DNA of 64,000 bases, from positions 97,714,001-97,778,000 of the forward strand of contig NC_045696.1 of NCBI RefSeq assembly GCF_009834535.1, written 5' to 3'. Below are positions 38,115-50,833 of this stretch, in pieces (the stretch's first letter is position 1; every line of letters starts with the position of its first letter). A program made the translations under genes and the position numbers. Source of the stretch: Camelus ferus (taxonomy: Eukaryota). The notes beneath the pieces were generated by a model that worked only from the letters and a program-made list of their open reading frames with translations, was not told where the DNA came from and ran no database searches.

Positions 38115-39746
38115 CCTCATTGTAGTTTTGATTTGCATTTCTCTGATAATTAGTGATATTGAGCATTTTTTCATGTGCTTTTTGATCATTTGTATGTCTT
38201 CCTTGGAGAACTGCTTGTTTAGGTCTTCTGCCCATTTTTGGATTGGGTTGTTTATTTTTTTCTTATTGAGTCGTATGAGCTGCTTATATATTCTGGAGAT
38301 CAAGCCTTTGTCGGTTTCACTTGCAAAAATTTTCTCCCATTCTGTAGGTTTTCTTCTTGCTTTACTTCTGGTTTTCCTTTGCTGTGCAGAAGCTTGTAAG
38401 TTTCATTAGGTGCCATTTGTTTATTCTTGCTTTTATTTCTTCTAGGAGAAAATTTTTGAAATGTATGTCAGATAATGTTTTGCCTATGTTTTCCTCTAGG
38501 AGGTTTATTGTATCTTGTCTTATGTTTAAGTCTTTAATCCATTTTGAGTTGATTTTTGTGTATGGTGTAAGGGAGTGTTCTAGCTTCATTGTTTTACATG
38601 CTGCTGTCCAGTTTTCCCAACACCATTTGCTGAAGAGACTGTCTTTATTCCATTGTATATTCTTGCCTCCCTTGTTGAAGATGAGTTGACCAAAAGTTTG
38701 TGGGTTCATTTCTGGGCTCTCTATTCTGTTCCATTGGTCTATATGTCTGTTTTGGTACCAATACCATGCTGTCTTGATGACTGTAGCTCTATAGTATTGT
38801 CTGAAGTCTGGGAGAGTTATTCCTCTAGCCTCTTTCTTTCTCTTCAGTAATGTTTTGGCAATTCTAGGTCTTTGATGGTTCCATATAAATTTTATTATGA
38901 TTTGTTCTAGTTCTGTGAAATATGTCCTGGGTAATTTGATAGGGATTGCATTAAATCTGTAGATTGCCTTAGGCAGTGTGACAAATGCTGGAGAGGCTGT
39001 GGAGAAAGGGGAACCCTCCTACACTGCTGGTGGGAATACAGTTTGGTGCAGCCACTATGGAAAACAGTGAGGAGATTCCGCAAAAGACTAGGAATAGACT
39101 TACCATATGACCCAGGAATCCCACTCCTGGGCTTGTATCCAGAAGGAAATCTACTTCAGGATGACACCTGCACCCCAATGTTCATAGCAGCATTATTTAC
39201 AATAGCCAAAACATGGAAACAGCCTAAATGTCCATCAACAGGTGACTGGATAAAGAAGATGTGGTATATTTATACAATGGAATACTACTCAGCCATAAAA
39301 ACCGACAACATAATGCCATTTGCAGCAACATGGATGCTCCTGGAGAATGTCATTCTAAGTGAAGTAAGCCAGAAAGAGAAAGAAAAATACCATATGAGAT
39401 AGCTCATATGTGGAATCTGAAAAACAAAAACAAACAAACAAAAACAAAGCATAAATACAGGACAGAAATAGACTCACAGACAGAGAATACAGACTTGTGG
39501 TTACCAGGGGGGTGGAGGGTGGGAAGGGATAGACTGGGATTTCAAAATTGTAGAATAGATAAACAAGATTACACTGTATAGCACAGGGAAATATACACAA
39601 AATGTTATGATTACTCACAGAGAAAAAAAATGTGACAATGAGTGTGTATATGTCCATGAATGACTGAAAAATTGTGCTGAACACTGGAATTTGACACAAC
39701 ATTGTAAAATGATTATAAATCAATAAAAAATGTTAAAAAAAAAAAA
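38115..39746. mobile_element. 5'-truncated, 5'-inverted LINE-1 insertion
   Basis: 38115-~38982 is ORF2 on the minus strand ([27 protein letters not shown]...). ~38981-39746 is the ORF2 C-terminus ([16 protein letters not shown]...[15 protein letters not shown]), 3' UTR, AATAAA and poly(A) on the plus strand. Perfect TSD AAGAATTCCCTACA at 38101-38114 and 39747-39760. Confidence 0.95.
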
Positions 39747-40796
39747 AAGAATTCCCTACAATAACTGTTAAATTATCCTGAATACATTGTGAGAAGCTAG
39801 AAGACCTCCCTATGAAATGTCACACATGTGATTCGAGAGAAAAAGAATGCTTTCCACTCATTTCTGTCCATGTTCTTCCTTCTTCATTTAAAGAAACAGT
39901 CAGGAAGGAAATCACACAAGCCTGGTGTCAAACCTAGATGTGACTCTGTGTCTGGGAGACTCTGATCCCTAAATACATCAAGTCATCGCAGAAGACACCA
40001 AGACCATTGAGAAGGCAGTCAGGGAATCAGAGGAGGAGAAGATCAAGAAGAACTAGGTCCTGTGATCATTCTTGCCTGTTTTCTCATGACAGGGAGTGAG
40101 GGCAGCCAGAACCTACTCCTGCAAAGCAAACGCACAGCAGGGCAGGGATTCCACATCCCGAGCCTGCTGTTTAGTGATGTCTTCTTGACAGCTGGTATCT
40201 CTACCCCAAATTCCTGATTTAATTACAGGTGGGGCCAGCTTTCCTGAAGGGTCTTCACTAAAGAAGCCTATTTGGCTCTTATTGGGCTTGAAACAAATGT
40301 ATTAGAAATATTCTAGATGATTTTTATGTTTCAAATTGGTATTTCAGTCCCTTTACAAATCTGGCTCAAGCTTTCCTTGCTTTTTAAGGCTGAAAAACTG
40401 ATTTCCAAATCACTGTTAAGGCATCGTTGAAAAATCATGACTCTAGAATCTTTTAGTCATTTGAAACAGGCCAGGCTAACGGTTTAACTTGAAAATGGAA
40501 TGAATTTCCCAGCAGCGTTCCCATAGTACGTGATCGTGTTTTTGTAACCTAACACAATGAAGGGAGTTGTCGCTGGATGATTCAGCTAATTAGAATCTCA
40601 ACTCCCTATCTGGGGAGGAAATCTGAGACATAGTGTTTGGACGAGATGCTTGGGTAGTGCTTACTAGGCCTTCAGTTCTCCTGCGTCAGTGCCAGGTGCC
40701 AACTATGAACAGGGAGGTAGAAGGTAAGGTCAACCGTCCACCTCAGCCAGAACCGAGCCTTGGAGCCAAGCCAGATCTGTCATGTTTCCTTAGTAT

Positions 40797-40842
40797 CTGT
40801 CTGTCTGTCTGTCTGTCTCTCACACACACACACACACACACA
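40797..40842. repeat. Compound (TCTG)n(CA)n microsatellite
   Basis: About 5 TCTG units followed by about 11 CA units. Confidence 0.95.
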
Positions 40843-41192
40843 TGCATACACCACCCCCACAACTGCTCCACCGCTGTAAATGCTGTTCTTGGTAAAATTC
40901 CCTAAGGCAAAATCAACAATAATTCAAGTTTTCAGCTCATTTAGTATCAGTGGGAAATGTGCCATGTCGGAGTTTGACTGACAGCCACAAAACCAGTTTA
41001 ACTGAGAGCCGCAAGGCCATGAGGTCTAAGTGCGGTATTAACTCACCAACTAGGAATAATTACTTGGAGAATGCTCACAATGCCTCTTATTTATGCTTCA
41101 ATCTAAGTCTCTGAAAGTGCTGAAGTCGTAGAAAAGACTAGAAAATGTACAGCAGGAAGATTTTTTATTTAGAACTCAACCACCCATACACA

Positions 41193-41193
<1 letters not shown>

Positions 41194-41227
<34 letters not shown>
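41194..41227. repeat. (CA)n microsatellite
   Basis: About 17 CA units, seen directly. Confidence 0.95.
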
Positions 41228-41230
<3 letters not shown>

Positions 41231-41741
41231 TCCCCCATCCAGGACTCCAGGGGTCCCTGGAAAGTGGTGTCTAAAAATCAACTCTGAGCCAAACACCTTC
41301 ACTTCCTTGTGTGAACATCGACTGCCAGCTGACAGAAGCCCCACTGGGCTGAATTTTAAATGACAGGAAAGCAGGAGGGGAGAGAGTTCACCCCAACCTT
41401 TCCGGGAAAAAAAAAAGGGGGGGAAGCATATTTTTATATAAGCTCCAAGGCCAGGTGGGCAAATTCTTTTACACATTAGACCGGGGTGAAGGAAATGAAA
41501 ATAGGCTTTCTTATTTCTCTCCTATACTGAATCTAGGAAAAAATAAATTACTAAGTAACTCTCTTTTTAAAATTTTTAATGTTGTACATGTCTGACAGTT
41601 GATAGTTCTGTTCTGCTACAACGGATCTAAGTTTATTGAATACTGGCCAGAGCCTAAGTCTTGTGCTGTTTACCAGGGTTCCGAATATTCAACCCAAACT
41701 GGTGCAAAGTCTTCCCCCTTGAAAACACCAGGTTAACTTTA

Positions 41742-42010
41742 TTTTTTAAATTTAATTTATTTTTTTATTGAAGTATAATTGATTTACAATATTGTGTTAG
41801 TTTCAGGTGTACAGCAAAGTGATTCAGTTATACATATATATTTATATATCTATATTCTTTTTAAATTCTTTTCCATTATAGGTTATTACAAGATTTTGAA
41901 TATAGTTTCCTGTGCTATGCAGTAAATCCTTGCTGTTTATCTATTTTATATATGGTAGTGTTTATCTGTTAATCCATACTCCTAATTTATCCCTCCCCAC
42001 CCACTGCCAT
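41742..42010 (-). mobile_element. LINE-1 3'-end insertion
   Basis: Reversed L1 3' UTR with a perfect 13-bp TSD CAGGTTAACTTTA at 41729-41741 and 42011-42023. Confidence 0.9.
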
Positions 42011-43199
42011 CAGGTTAACTTTAAAGTTATTTCACTAATTAAAGTAGAACCCAAATGGCTAATGTCTTGAAATCATGTTATTCACAAACGCCAAATAAAA
42101 AGTCGTTAAATCCGGTCATTTTTCACTGGAGAGGGTGTTGTGAAGTAGTAGAAAAAAGCCGAAAGTGTCAATGCCTGAGGCAGAGGTACCTACCTCACTA
42201 GGAGGAGTCCAGAGTGTCACTCACCAGCCCTGTGACTTTAATCTTCATACTTGACCTGCATGATCCTCAGTTTTCTCACCTGGAAACGGCTCCTGACCAG
42301 ACAGCTATAAAGTCCAATTACAACGTGGGAGGATATGTAATTGTCTATACGCTATATAATTGTCCCTCCCTCCTCCTCTGATGCAGAGTAACTGGTTAAC
42401 AGTTTTTGTCATCCTCCCCAAAGGCAGCTGGGATCTGGGGAAGTAAAAGAGAACCACAAAGCAAACCACCTGGTTGACCAATCAGATGAATTCATCAGTT
42501 TTCATTTTTTTAGGGTTTGTTTTTGTTTTAATTTAATCTGCGGCTTTTCTTCTAAACTGAAATTCATCCCTCCAAACCTCAATGGCCTTATTTATAAAAT
42601 AACTAGAAAGTTGGGCCACCTGCATCAGTGGATTTCATCTCTGGTTATGCATTACACTCACTTGGGGGAGCCTTCTTAAAATGCAGATTTCTGGCCCCTC
42701 CAGAGAGCCCTTGTTTCCCTTGGGCTGAATCGGTGTGTGTGGTTTTAAAAACCACTGTCCATTGAAATCAGATGGTCTCTGAAGCCTTCTACCATCTCAC
42801 ATGCCAAGCTCTGCTACAAAACTCAAGGAAGAGATATTCAAACCAGAAAACAAGAGTCTTCCTCCCGTGAAGTGTTTGTGTGCTGGTTGTCACAGGCCTG
42901 CTCTGGACGCCCTCAGCTCAACCGTCCGGCAAAGGGGCAGGCCAGCCCTTCTGAGCAGCCAGCCCCAAAGAAGGGACACCCAGACCAACAACCTGAGCTT
43001 CAGAACACAGAGCAGGCATCCCAGGAGGTGTCTTGTCCGAAAATGGCAATGAGGCCGGGGAGATGCCCTGACTTAATGAGGGGGGGAGGTGACAGCTGTG
43101 AGATGTTGAACTAAAACTATCAGGTGGGGATGAGGGAACTAAGGAGCAAATGGATGAGTGTACAGACGAACTCTAGTTTAATCTTGGGCCAAGAAGCTT

Positions 43200-43742
43200 G
43201 GTTTTTTTGTTTGTGTATCCATTTGTTTGTTTTATATTTTAGATTCCACATATAAGTGATAACAGAGTATTTGTCTTTTTCTGTCTGCTTATTTCACTAA
43301 GTAGAATACTCTCTAGGTCCGTCCACACAGTTGCAAATGGCAGAATTTCATTATTTTTATGGCTGAGTAATATTCCGTTGTATACATACACCACATCTTT
43401 ATCATTCATCTGTTGATGGACACTTAGGTTGCTTCTATGTCTTGGCAATTGTAAATAATGCTGCTATGAACATTGGGGTTCATGTATCTTTTCTAATTAA
43501 TGTTTTCATTTTCTCCAGATATAAACCCAGGAGTGGAACTGCTGCATCATATGATAATTCCATTTTTAGTTCTTTGAGGAATTCCATACTGTTTTCCATA
43601 GAGGCTGCACCAATTTACATTCCCAACAACAGTGTACAAGGGTTTCCTTTTTTCCACATCCTCACCAACATTTATTATATGTGGTCTTTTTGATGATAGC
43701 CATTCTGACAGGTATGAACTGATATCTTACTGTGGGTTTGCT
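43200..43742 (-). mobile_element. LINE-1 fragment (ORF2 C-terminus)
   Basis: Minus-strand translation ...EILPFATVWTDLESILLSEIS...SLICGI. Contains GTAAATAATGCTGCTATGAACATTGGGGT. Confidence 0.9.
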
Positions 43743-46700
43743 GAGAAGTTTATGTTTAACCCAGGAATAAACTGAGCTACAATCTAAAGTGAGGGGAAAG
43801 CCAGGAAGCTGCAGGTAGGACGGCTTACCACCGCCCCCTCTCTCTGCCTTCCTCTTACTGTGGTTGATGCCCTGATTATAGTTTCAAATAAAGAATAGCT
43901 CCCGGCTTCTCCACCTGGTCCAGCGCTCACCTTTTCCTGAGAAGGCCTGTTCCTCCAGCTACGTGGTGCCCCGGCAGCCATGTTATTCAGGCCCCAGAGG
44001 GATGGGCATGTGTCCCAGTCTTGCCCAATGGAACTCCCTTCCTTCAGAACTGGGTTTGGGGTGGGTCTTTCGAACAGAGAAAAATATAAATTTGGATATT
44101 GCCAGTAGCCATGTTCTTTTGTGCAAGAGAGAAAACGAGTTTGCATTAAGAAGAGTGAAGTTATGGATGGAAGAGTCCAAGATATAAGATGGAGAGTGAG
44201 GAGGACATCCTGGATTTCCTACAGAGTTTGGTTCCCCTTGTTCATGGCTCCTGTTGTCCCATCTGCATCTCTACCTTTGGAGTTCATAATGAATGTCCCT
44301 CGGGTGAAGGCAGCTGGAACTGGCTTCTGTTATTTACAATCAAAAGACTAATGAGGATGGTTACAACGTATGAATTATTATGTTCTTCAAGTGTCAAATG
44401 AGTGAGAAACTGGCGCTTTCCCAACAAGAGAGACAAAATACATGTGAAAGAAACAACAAGAAGGCAGGAGATCTGAGTTCAAATCTTCCTCTTAGCACCG
44501 CACAACCACATAGAACCATAGACTATCGGCATTAGTTCTTAAAGGCAACTCGTTTCCACTACCCATTAGCTAAATGACATTGGGAAGAGTTTTTAACCCC
44601 TGTGGGTTTAACTATAAAATGGCCATAAAGATTCTGTGAAGAGGTGGGAGTTGAATTGAACCACTCACTCAGCTGAGGTGTCTTCCAACATGACAACCTA
44701 GGCTCATACAGCACTATATATTATCAAAAGAAATTTTCTTTGGAATTATTCTTGAAGTCACACTCCACACACCAAATGGTTAAGAGAGCTAATTATAAGC
44801 GGCACGTAACAGCTGCTCAGGTGAATGATGGTTAAAACCAAAATCCTCCAAATTTAAATATAGTAAATGCCAATTTTGCCTAGCTTTTCATAAGACATTT
44901 TGACTTTGCTTAAAAACAAATCATCTTAGAACTAAACCCATTGAACTTCCCTATTTATTTGAACAAAATTTTTCGCACATTTATTGGGAGCCAATTAAAT
45001 GCCTGACACTGTGATCGCTGCTGTGCCTTCAAAGGAGAAAGGAGAAGCTGCTCTCTGGGACCTCGGTGGAGTTGGGGAGGCTGACGTGGAGACACATTAG
45101 GGAATTGTGGTCTGATTGGCGCTGATGGGTTGTGTTCAAGGACAAAATGGGAATGATGAGCAGGTCTTGGAGGCAGGCAGGGGTGTGATGGAAACTGTCA
45201 TGGAAAAAGTGATGAGTTCAGCCAAGGGGGCAAAGCCAGGCAGATGGACCAAGGCAGGAAGAAAAAACAGGGCCCTCTGGGCAGTGGGACGGCAAACTCC
45301 AAACATGGGGTTGAGAACTGGTTCCAGGGCTCAGGGACCTGCATTTCTGTGGTGCAGAAAAAAAAGGACATTCTTTTCAAAGGTATTCATAGATTGAGAC
45401 TGATTCCAGAGGGAATGAGGGAGATAAAAGTGAGCTTTTAATAACTGTAGGAACTCTAGTATTTAAAGATTAGTCACAAAAGATAATAAAAGGATCCAGA
45501 GTATATTGGACTGATGGAATCCCAGGGGCATGGGTAAAATGAATCATAAGTGGAGCAGAGACATCTTACCTGGGAGACTGGGTTGATGAGCATAATAAGT
45601 AACATTTACGGCACAATTGCTAAATGCCAGGTGCCTCATGCCTCACACACGTTGACTCACTTCACGCATCACAGCCCTGTGATGCGGCTCTCTTTTATTA
45701 TCCTGTCGCAGGAGGCCCTCTTCCTCGCCCATTCCCCTTTCCTGCACTTATCACCAACACACAATGTGCTTTATTTATTTAGCATTATTTTTTATTTGTC
45801 TCACTCCTTCTGATAAAATGGACTCTCCTTAAGGACAGAGATCTTTCTTTGTTTTCTACTGCATCCCAGGCACTTAGAAAACATAGTAGGGAGGGAGGGA
45901 GATGGGGAACTCACAGACAGGCAAAGACAATTAACAGTGGAGGGACTGGGCCACCAGCCTGTTAGCAGTAGGCTTAAAAATCCATTGATTCATTTATTTA
46001 TTCGTTCAATTTTCAGCAAGTATTTATAGAGCACGTGTTACACACTGGGTACTGTCCCAGGCACTGAGGAAATAATGGTGGACACGGCAGAAAGGGTCCC
46101 ATAGTCAGAGGGGAGGGGAGCGGAGACAGACAATGGAAAAGGAACCAAGTGAATACACAATAATTTCAGGGATGATAAATTCTGGGATGACAGTAGAACA
46201 GGGGAGTGTGATGAAGAGAAACTGGGGAGCGGGCACAGCATCGTCAGATGGGGTCCTCGGAGGGGACCTCTTTGAGAGGATGGATGAGCAGAATCCTGCA
46301 GCTTGAAGCTCCTGAGGAAGATGAGGATCAAAACATGGAAGACAGGAATGTAGAGGTGGGGGCAGCACTAGGGGTGGGAGTTGGAGAGTGGAATGAAATC
46401 CATGGAGATAGCAGCTCTGTACAGAAAACTGAGTTCACAGCTATGAGAAAGGCCATGGTCCTCTGCAGGGAAAAGTCTGGCTAGGACCAGAGCCAAGTTG
46501 TTAAAGAAATTGTCCAGAAAACCATCTCTGGTCTTAAACCAAGAACCCAAACCAGGAAGACCCTGCTTGAGGTTATCAGCTGAGGGGTAGAAGCAGAGGG
46601 AGCCATATAGAATGACAGGAGAGTGGGCAAGGGGGAGGGACTCCATATTACGAGAAACTTTTGGCAGCTCAAGCCTGAAAGTGCCCTACGCTGAATGGCA

Positions 46701-48889
46701 ACACATCCCCCACAGTTCATGCGTGCATTGTATGTCTGGCCAGAGCTGAGGAGCCATTGCCAGTGACAGTGGCCTTGGAGAACATCTGATACAAATGATA
46801 CTTACCTGAGCCGTGGACCAGGCCAGTGAGCCCCACACCTAAGTGAACATATGACTCACTTGAAATGTCTGTAAAAAAATGCAGATGATCAGTCTCACCC
46901 CCAGAAATTCGTACTCATTATGTTGAGTGAGGGACCAAGAATCTGCTCTGTGATGCTAAGCAACCTCTGGACAGCCCCTATCTTGAGAAATGTGGAAGAG
47001 AATCCACTAACAAACTTCAGAGTCCATGAACCCTCAGGAATGGAATGAAAACCTGTGTACCAATTGCATATTGGTATATTTCTTTTTTTTTGGGAGAGGG
47101 TCCATATCATTACAAGACTCTCAGGAACTTAAGAACCACTGATCAAGGCTTGCCCCTTGTCTCAGAGAGCAGGAGACAGAGTCCCAGGGATGTACATGGT
47201 TTGCCTGATCCTCAAAGCTTGATAACAGCAGAGTTGGGCTGTTACCCCAGATTTTCTCTTGCCAAGCCCCTCACTCTCTTCTCCCTGCAAGGGTCAGGAA
47301 GAGAAGGAGGAAGGGGATTTAAGCACTTAGAGGCAAAGTCACCAAAGGATCGCTCTCCTGCATGTTGGTTTCAGGGGGGATAGATCCGCAGAGTGGAGGT
47401 TTAGAATGATGACGCCTCAACAAAGGACCCTGTCATTCACCTGCACGGCCCACCCCAAGCCCTGACACCTGTGGAATCCTGTCTCCCGTAAGACTTGAAG
47501 CCAGGACAGAGGGCATACTTGCCCGGTTGTTGAACACACAGTGGTGATGGAGTGTGATGTTCTTGTAAAGACCTGCCTCCCTACCCTTGAGTATGTAGGT
47601 GGTTCCAGGCCTCCCTACCTGCACTCAGTTTTCCATCCATCTCTTTCCTCCAGCCCCTCTGGATACACACCCCTCTTAATAGGCTGAGGCCATGCATCCT
47701 CTTGGGTCCTCCTCCCACTCCAGATCCCATGTCACCAACCCCAGCTGGCCCCTTAAAGTTGCTGTGTATCCTGTCCTCTACATTTGGTCCAAATCCTTTA
47801 GAATCTGGCCTCAGGTTGAGGTTCTAGATTCACCAGCCAGGCTCACCTTCTTCTTCTAAACTAATGACTCTGTGTCTTGGCTTTTTGCCTCTATTCTGTG
47901 CTCATCATTCCATCCTGGGAAGGGGGCCTCTCCAGTCCTGGCCCCATCTGGCCACCTGTCCTTCCCCAATCCAGCTGGCCTGTGTCACCTGTTATTCAAG
48001 GGCAAAGCTTATTCAGAATCCGACCCCTCCTTCTGCAAGATAACCACGTCAGAAAGTTAATCTAGCACCCTTTCTCTGCCTTTCCATTTGAGCCCGCGAC
48101 AGCTCATCTTGGGGTCTGGCTGGTGGACTGCCTCCTGCCCCATGGCCTCCTCAGCCACGTGTGTTTCTCCCAGTCATTCTGGGCTCTCTCCATCTTGTTT
48201 CCCTACTCTGTTTGCCAAGTTCCTTTCTCATCTGTTCCTTTCTTTCTCTTTCTTTTGCTTCTCTTTATCCTTCCCCTAGGCTTTAGGTCTCCTCTGGCCC
48301 TTCCTGGCATCACTTCTCCTGACAGCAAGCCTCAGGAATCAAAAGGTGCCCGAGCCCTTTGTGTTGACTAACGCCACCTTTGTTTTGGTGCCAGATTTGT
48401 TTTGGAGGCAGATGTCCAGGAAAGCTGGACAGCAGGTGACATCCCGCAGAGCATACTAGAAGCAGGGGAGACAAGGCAGCTGGGTCATTTTCCGCAGCCT
48501 CCTTAAATCTGTGTGGGATGGCTCGGACACCTTGCCTTTAATAGACAAGGACACAAGCTCAGAGCTCAGTAGACTTGCCCCAGGTCTCAGATTAAATCAG
48601 CGCAGAGGTGGAAGTGAACACAGAGCCCTCAGACTGGCTGCCGTCCAGACAGCTACGAGGAGTAAAATCACAGCCTACTGTCTTTCAAAAGCCTCAACCA
48701 GGGCTGTCACCCTGCGGACGCTTGGCACTTACTGGAAAGTTGTATTAGACTTTCCTGTTGATTTTTTTTTTTCCATCCCATGAAGGAGTTACACAGTGAA
48801 TTCCTTGTTGAGGATTAATCATTTTCCCTCTTGCCTATGACTGAGGCTGTTTCTCACGTCCTGCCCCTGGTTTCGCTTGTCCCAAGGAT

Positions 48890-49030
48890 TTCATGTGACG
48901 GGCGGGACACTCCCCCAGCTCCCCCCAACCCCACCCGGAGCCTGCAGTCGGGACCAATGAAAGCCAAGGACCTCATCCACCCGGTGACTAAGAACTCAGA
49001 GTATTTAAGAGGCTGCAGGAATGAACTGAG
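48890..49030 (+). promoter_or_regulatory. TM4SF1: TM4SF1 proximal promoter
   Basis: TCATGTGA (48891-48898), GC box GGGCGG (48900-48905), CCAAT (48954-48958), AP-1-like TGACTAA (48985-48991), TATA-like TATTTAA (49002-49008) and GGAATG (49018-49023), all within 240 nt upstream of the ATG. CpG density is locally raised. Confidence 0.7.
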
Positions 49031-49128
49031 AATTGCTTTTGCTTTCTCTACAGACGGGCACGCTTTCATCTGATCTGGGCCATCAGTGAGCCGCAGAGTG
49101 AAGGGGTGAAAAACTGAACTACACCACC

Positions 49129-49305
49129 ATGTGCTACGGGAAATGCGCGCGATGCATCGGACACTCCCTGGTGTGGCTCGCTGTCCTCTGCATTGTAGCT
49201 AATATTCTGCTTTACTTTCCCAATGGGGAAACAAAGTACGCATCGGGAGACCATCTCAGCCGCTTTGTGTGGTTCTTCTCCGGCATCATAGGAGGGGGCG
49301 TGCTG
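49129..49305 (+). CDS. TM4SF1: TM4SF1 coding exon 1 (aa 1-59; TM1, small loop, start of TM2)
   Basis: ATG at 49129 in the context CCACCATG. Translates [59 protein letters not shown], the recognisable TM4SF1 N-terminus. 177 nt, ends at donor CTG|GTAAGT (phase 0). Confidence 0.97.
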
Positions 49306-50743
49306 GTAAGTCGTTCAGAATGATTTCAACCTTAAAAAAAAAATGCTCTCCTGTTAAACAAGCTGTTTTCATAGAAAAGTTTCTCTAAAGCGTATTTCCA
49401 AATTTAGGATTTTTGTTCATTCTTCTTTTGAAAGCAGATTATATGCAAGTTGAGACTTACGTATAGTGTATTCATTTGATTAGATGTTTTACAAAATCCC
49501 CTTTCAACAAAAAGTGAACTCCCTTTTTGCTAAACTCTCTTATTTTACAGCTTGAAACAGAAAATAGCTTTTAAATCAGATTTGAGAAACTAGAGTTTCT
49601 GGCACTGGAGCTGGCAGTCACTGAACATTTGCTCTGGGCTCTGGGGAGCTGGGAGGGGTAGGCTGGTTCTCTGTCTAAATCAATGGAATTTTGGATCTAA
49701 ATTCTTTGCTGTTTATTCTCAGGTGTCTGTGACAGGGCAAAATAATGAATTGTGAGTGCATGGCTATTTAGAAAGAACTATAAATTTTCTCCTTTATGTA
49801 AGACTGGGGTGTGGCATTTAGGAAAAATCCTTCAGTTCACAGCAAATCAGTGTCTAAAGCTAATAGCGGAATGTATTTTTTTTCCCCAAAGTTTGCTTAT
49901 AAGTGAAGTGAGAGGAATTTGCCTGCCAACCTGGGAGCTGAAAGTATTAGCCTTAACCACAGCATGGAAAAAATGTGGACAAACTTGAGTTTGCCACTTA
50001 GAAACGCTGGGATTGAGAATTTTGAAAGAATTGCTAACACCATAAGGAATATTTTTCTTAGTCAGATAAAGGATATTTAAACTTAATATACTACATCTGG
50101 CATGGCAACTCTACTTTGAATTTGAGCATTGCTATCCATGCTAACATAATGATTCGTCTTTAATACAACTTTGTGTTGGTTTATATTTCTTTTGATCTTG
50201 AACTCTAAGTATTTCAAACTTACCTTAAGAGCTTTATTGTGAAGCTACAACCGTGTGGTGGTATTTTCAAAGAAGCAGATCACATTTAGTATACACAGCT
50301 TTCATCTCTCCTGCTTATAAAAAAAGTTTCAGTTATTCTGTTAAAGATTTGTTGTTATCTTCTATGCTTTACAAGGGAAAACAAACAAAAACAAACAAAC
50401 AGATTTAAAGACAGGGCTTAATAGTTTCGAACCAGAGTTTGTTTCTGAAACTACGTTGTGAACGCTTACGGGATAAACACATTCACAAGGAATTATTTTA
50501 CTTCTCGCGCTGCGCCCTGACCCTACCTAATGTGAAACACTACATGAAAACAAGCGGATATTACACTGAGAGGTTGTTTTTCCTCCTCAGGGTTTTACAT
50601 TCTTTGAGATTCTTGGTCCACCTAATCCAAAGACACTCAGCCGTGTCACAAAGAAAAATATTTTACCCAAAAATGCTTAGCCTGACTGACCCTTATGGGC
50701 CTGGGGAAAGACAGTGACTTCAGTCTGCCTGTTTTCTAACCAG

Positions 50744-50833
50744 ATATTCCTGCCGGCATTCGTCTTCATCGGCCTGGAGCAGGATGACTGCTGTGGCTGC
50801 TGCGGCCACGAAAACTGCGGCAAGAGGTGCTCG
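50744..50833 (+). CDS. TM4SF1: TM4SF1 coding exon 2 (aa 60-89; Cys-rich intracellular loop)
   Basis: Acceptor ttttctaaccag|ATA. Translates [30 protein letters not shown]. 90 nt, donor TCG|GTAGGT. Confidence 0.97.

Noticed and set aside
39043..39402. 119-aa ORF as a host gene
   Set aside because: It is the LINE-1 ORF2 C-terminus within a truncated, inverted insertion.
40000..49000. Divergent antisense lncRNA (TM4SF1-AS1 equivalent)
   Set aside because: It is known from human, but exons cannot be supported from sequence alone here.
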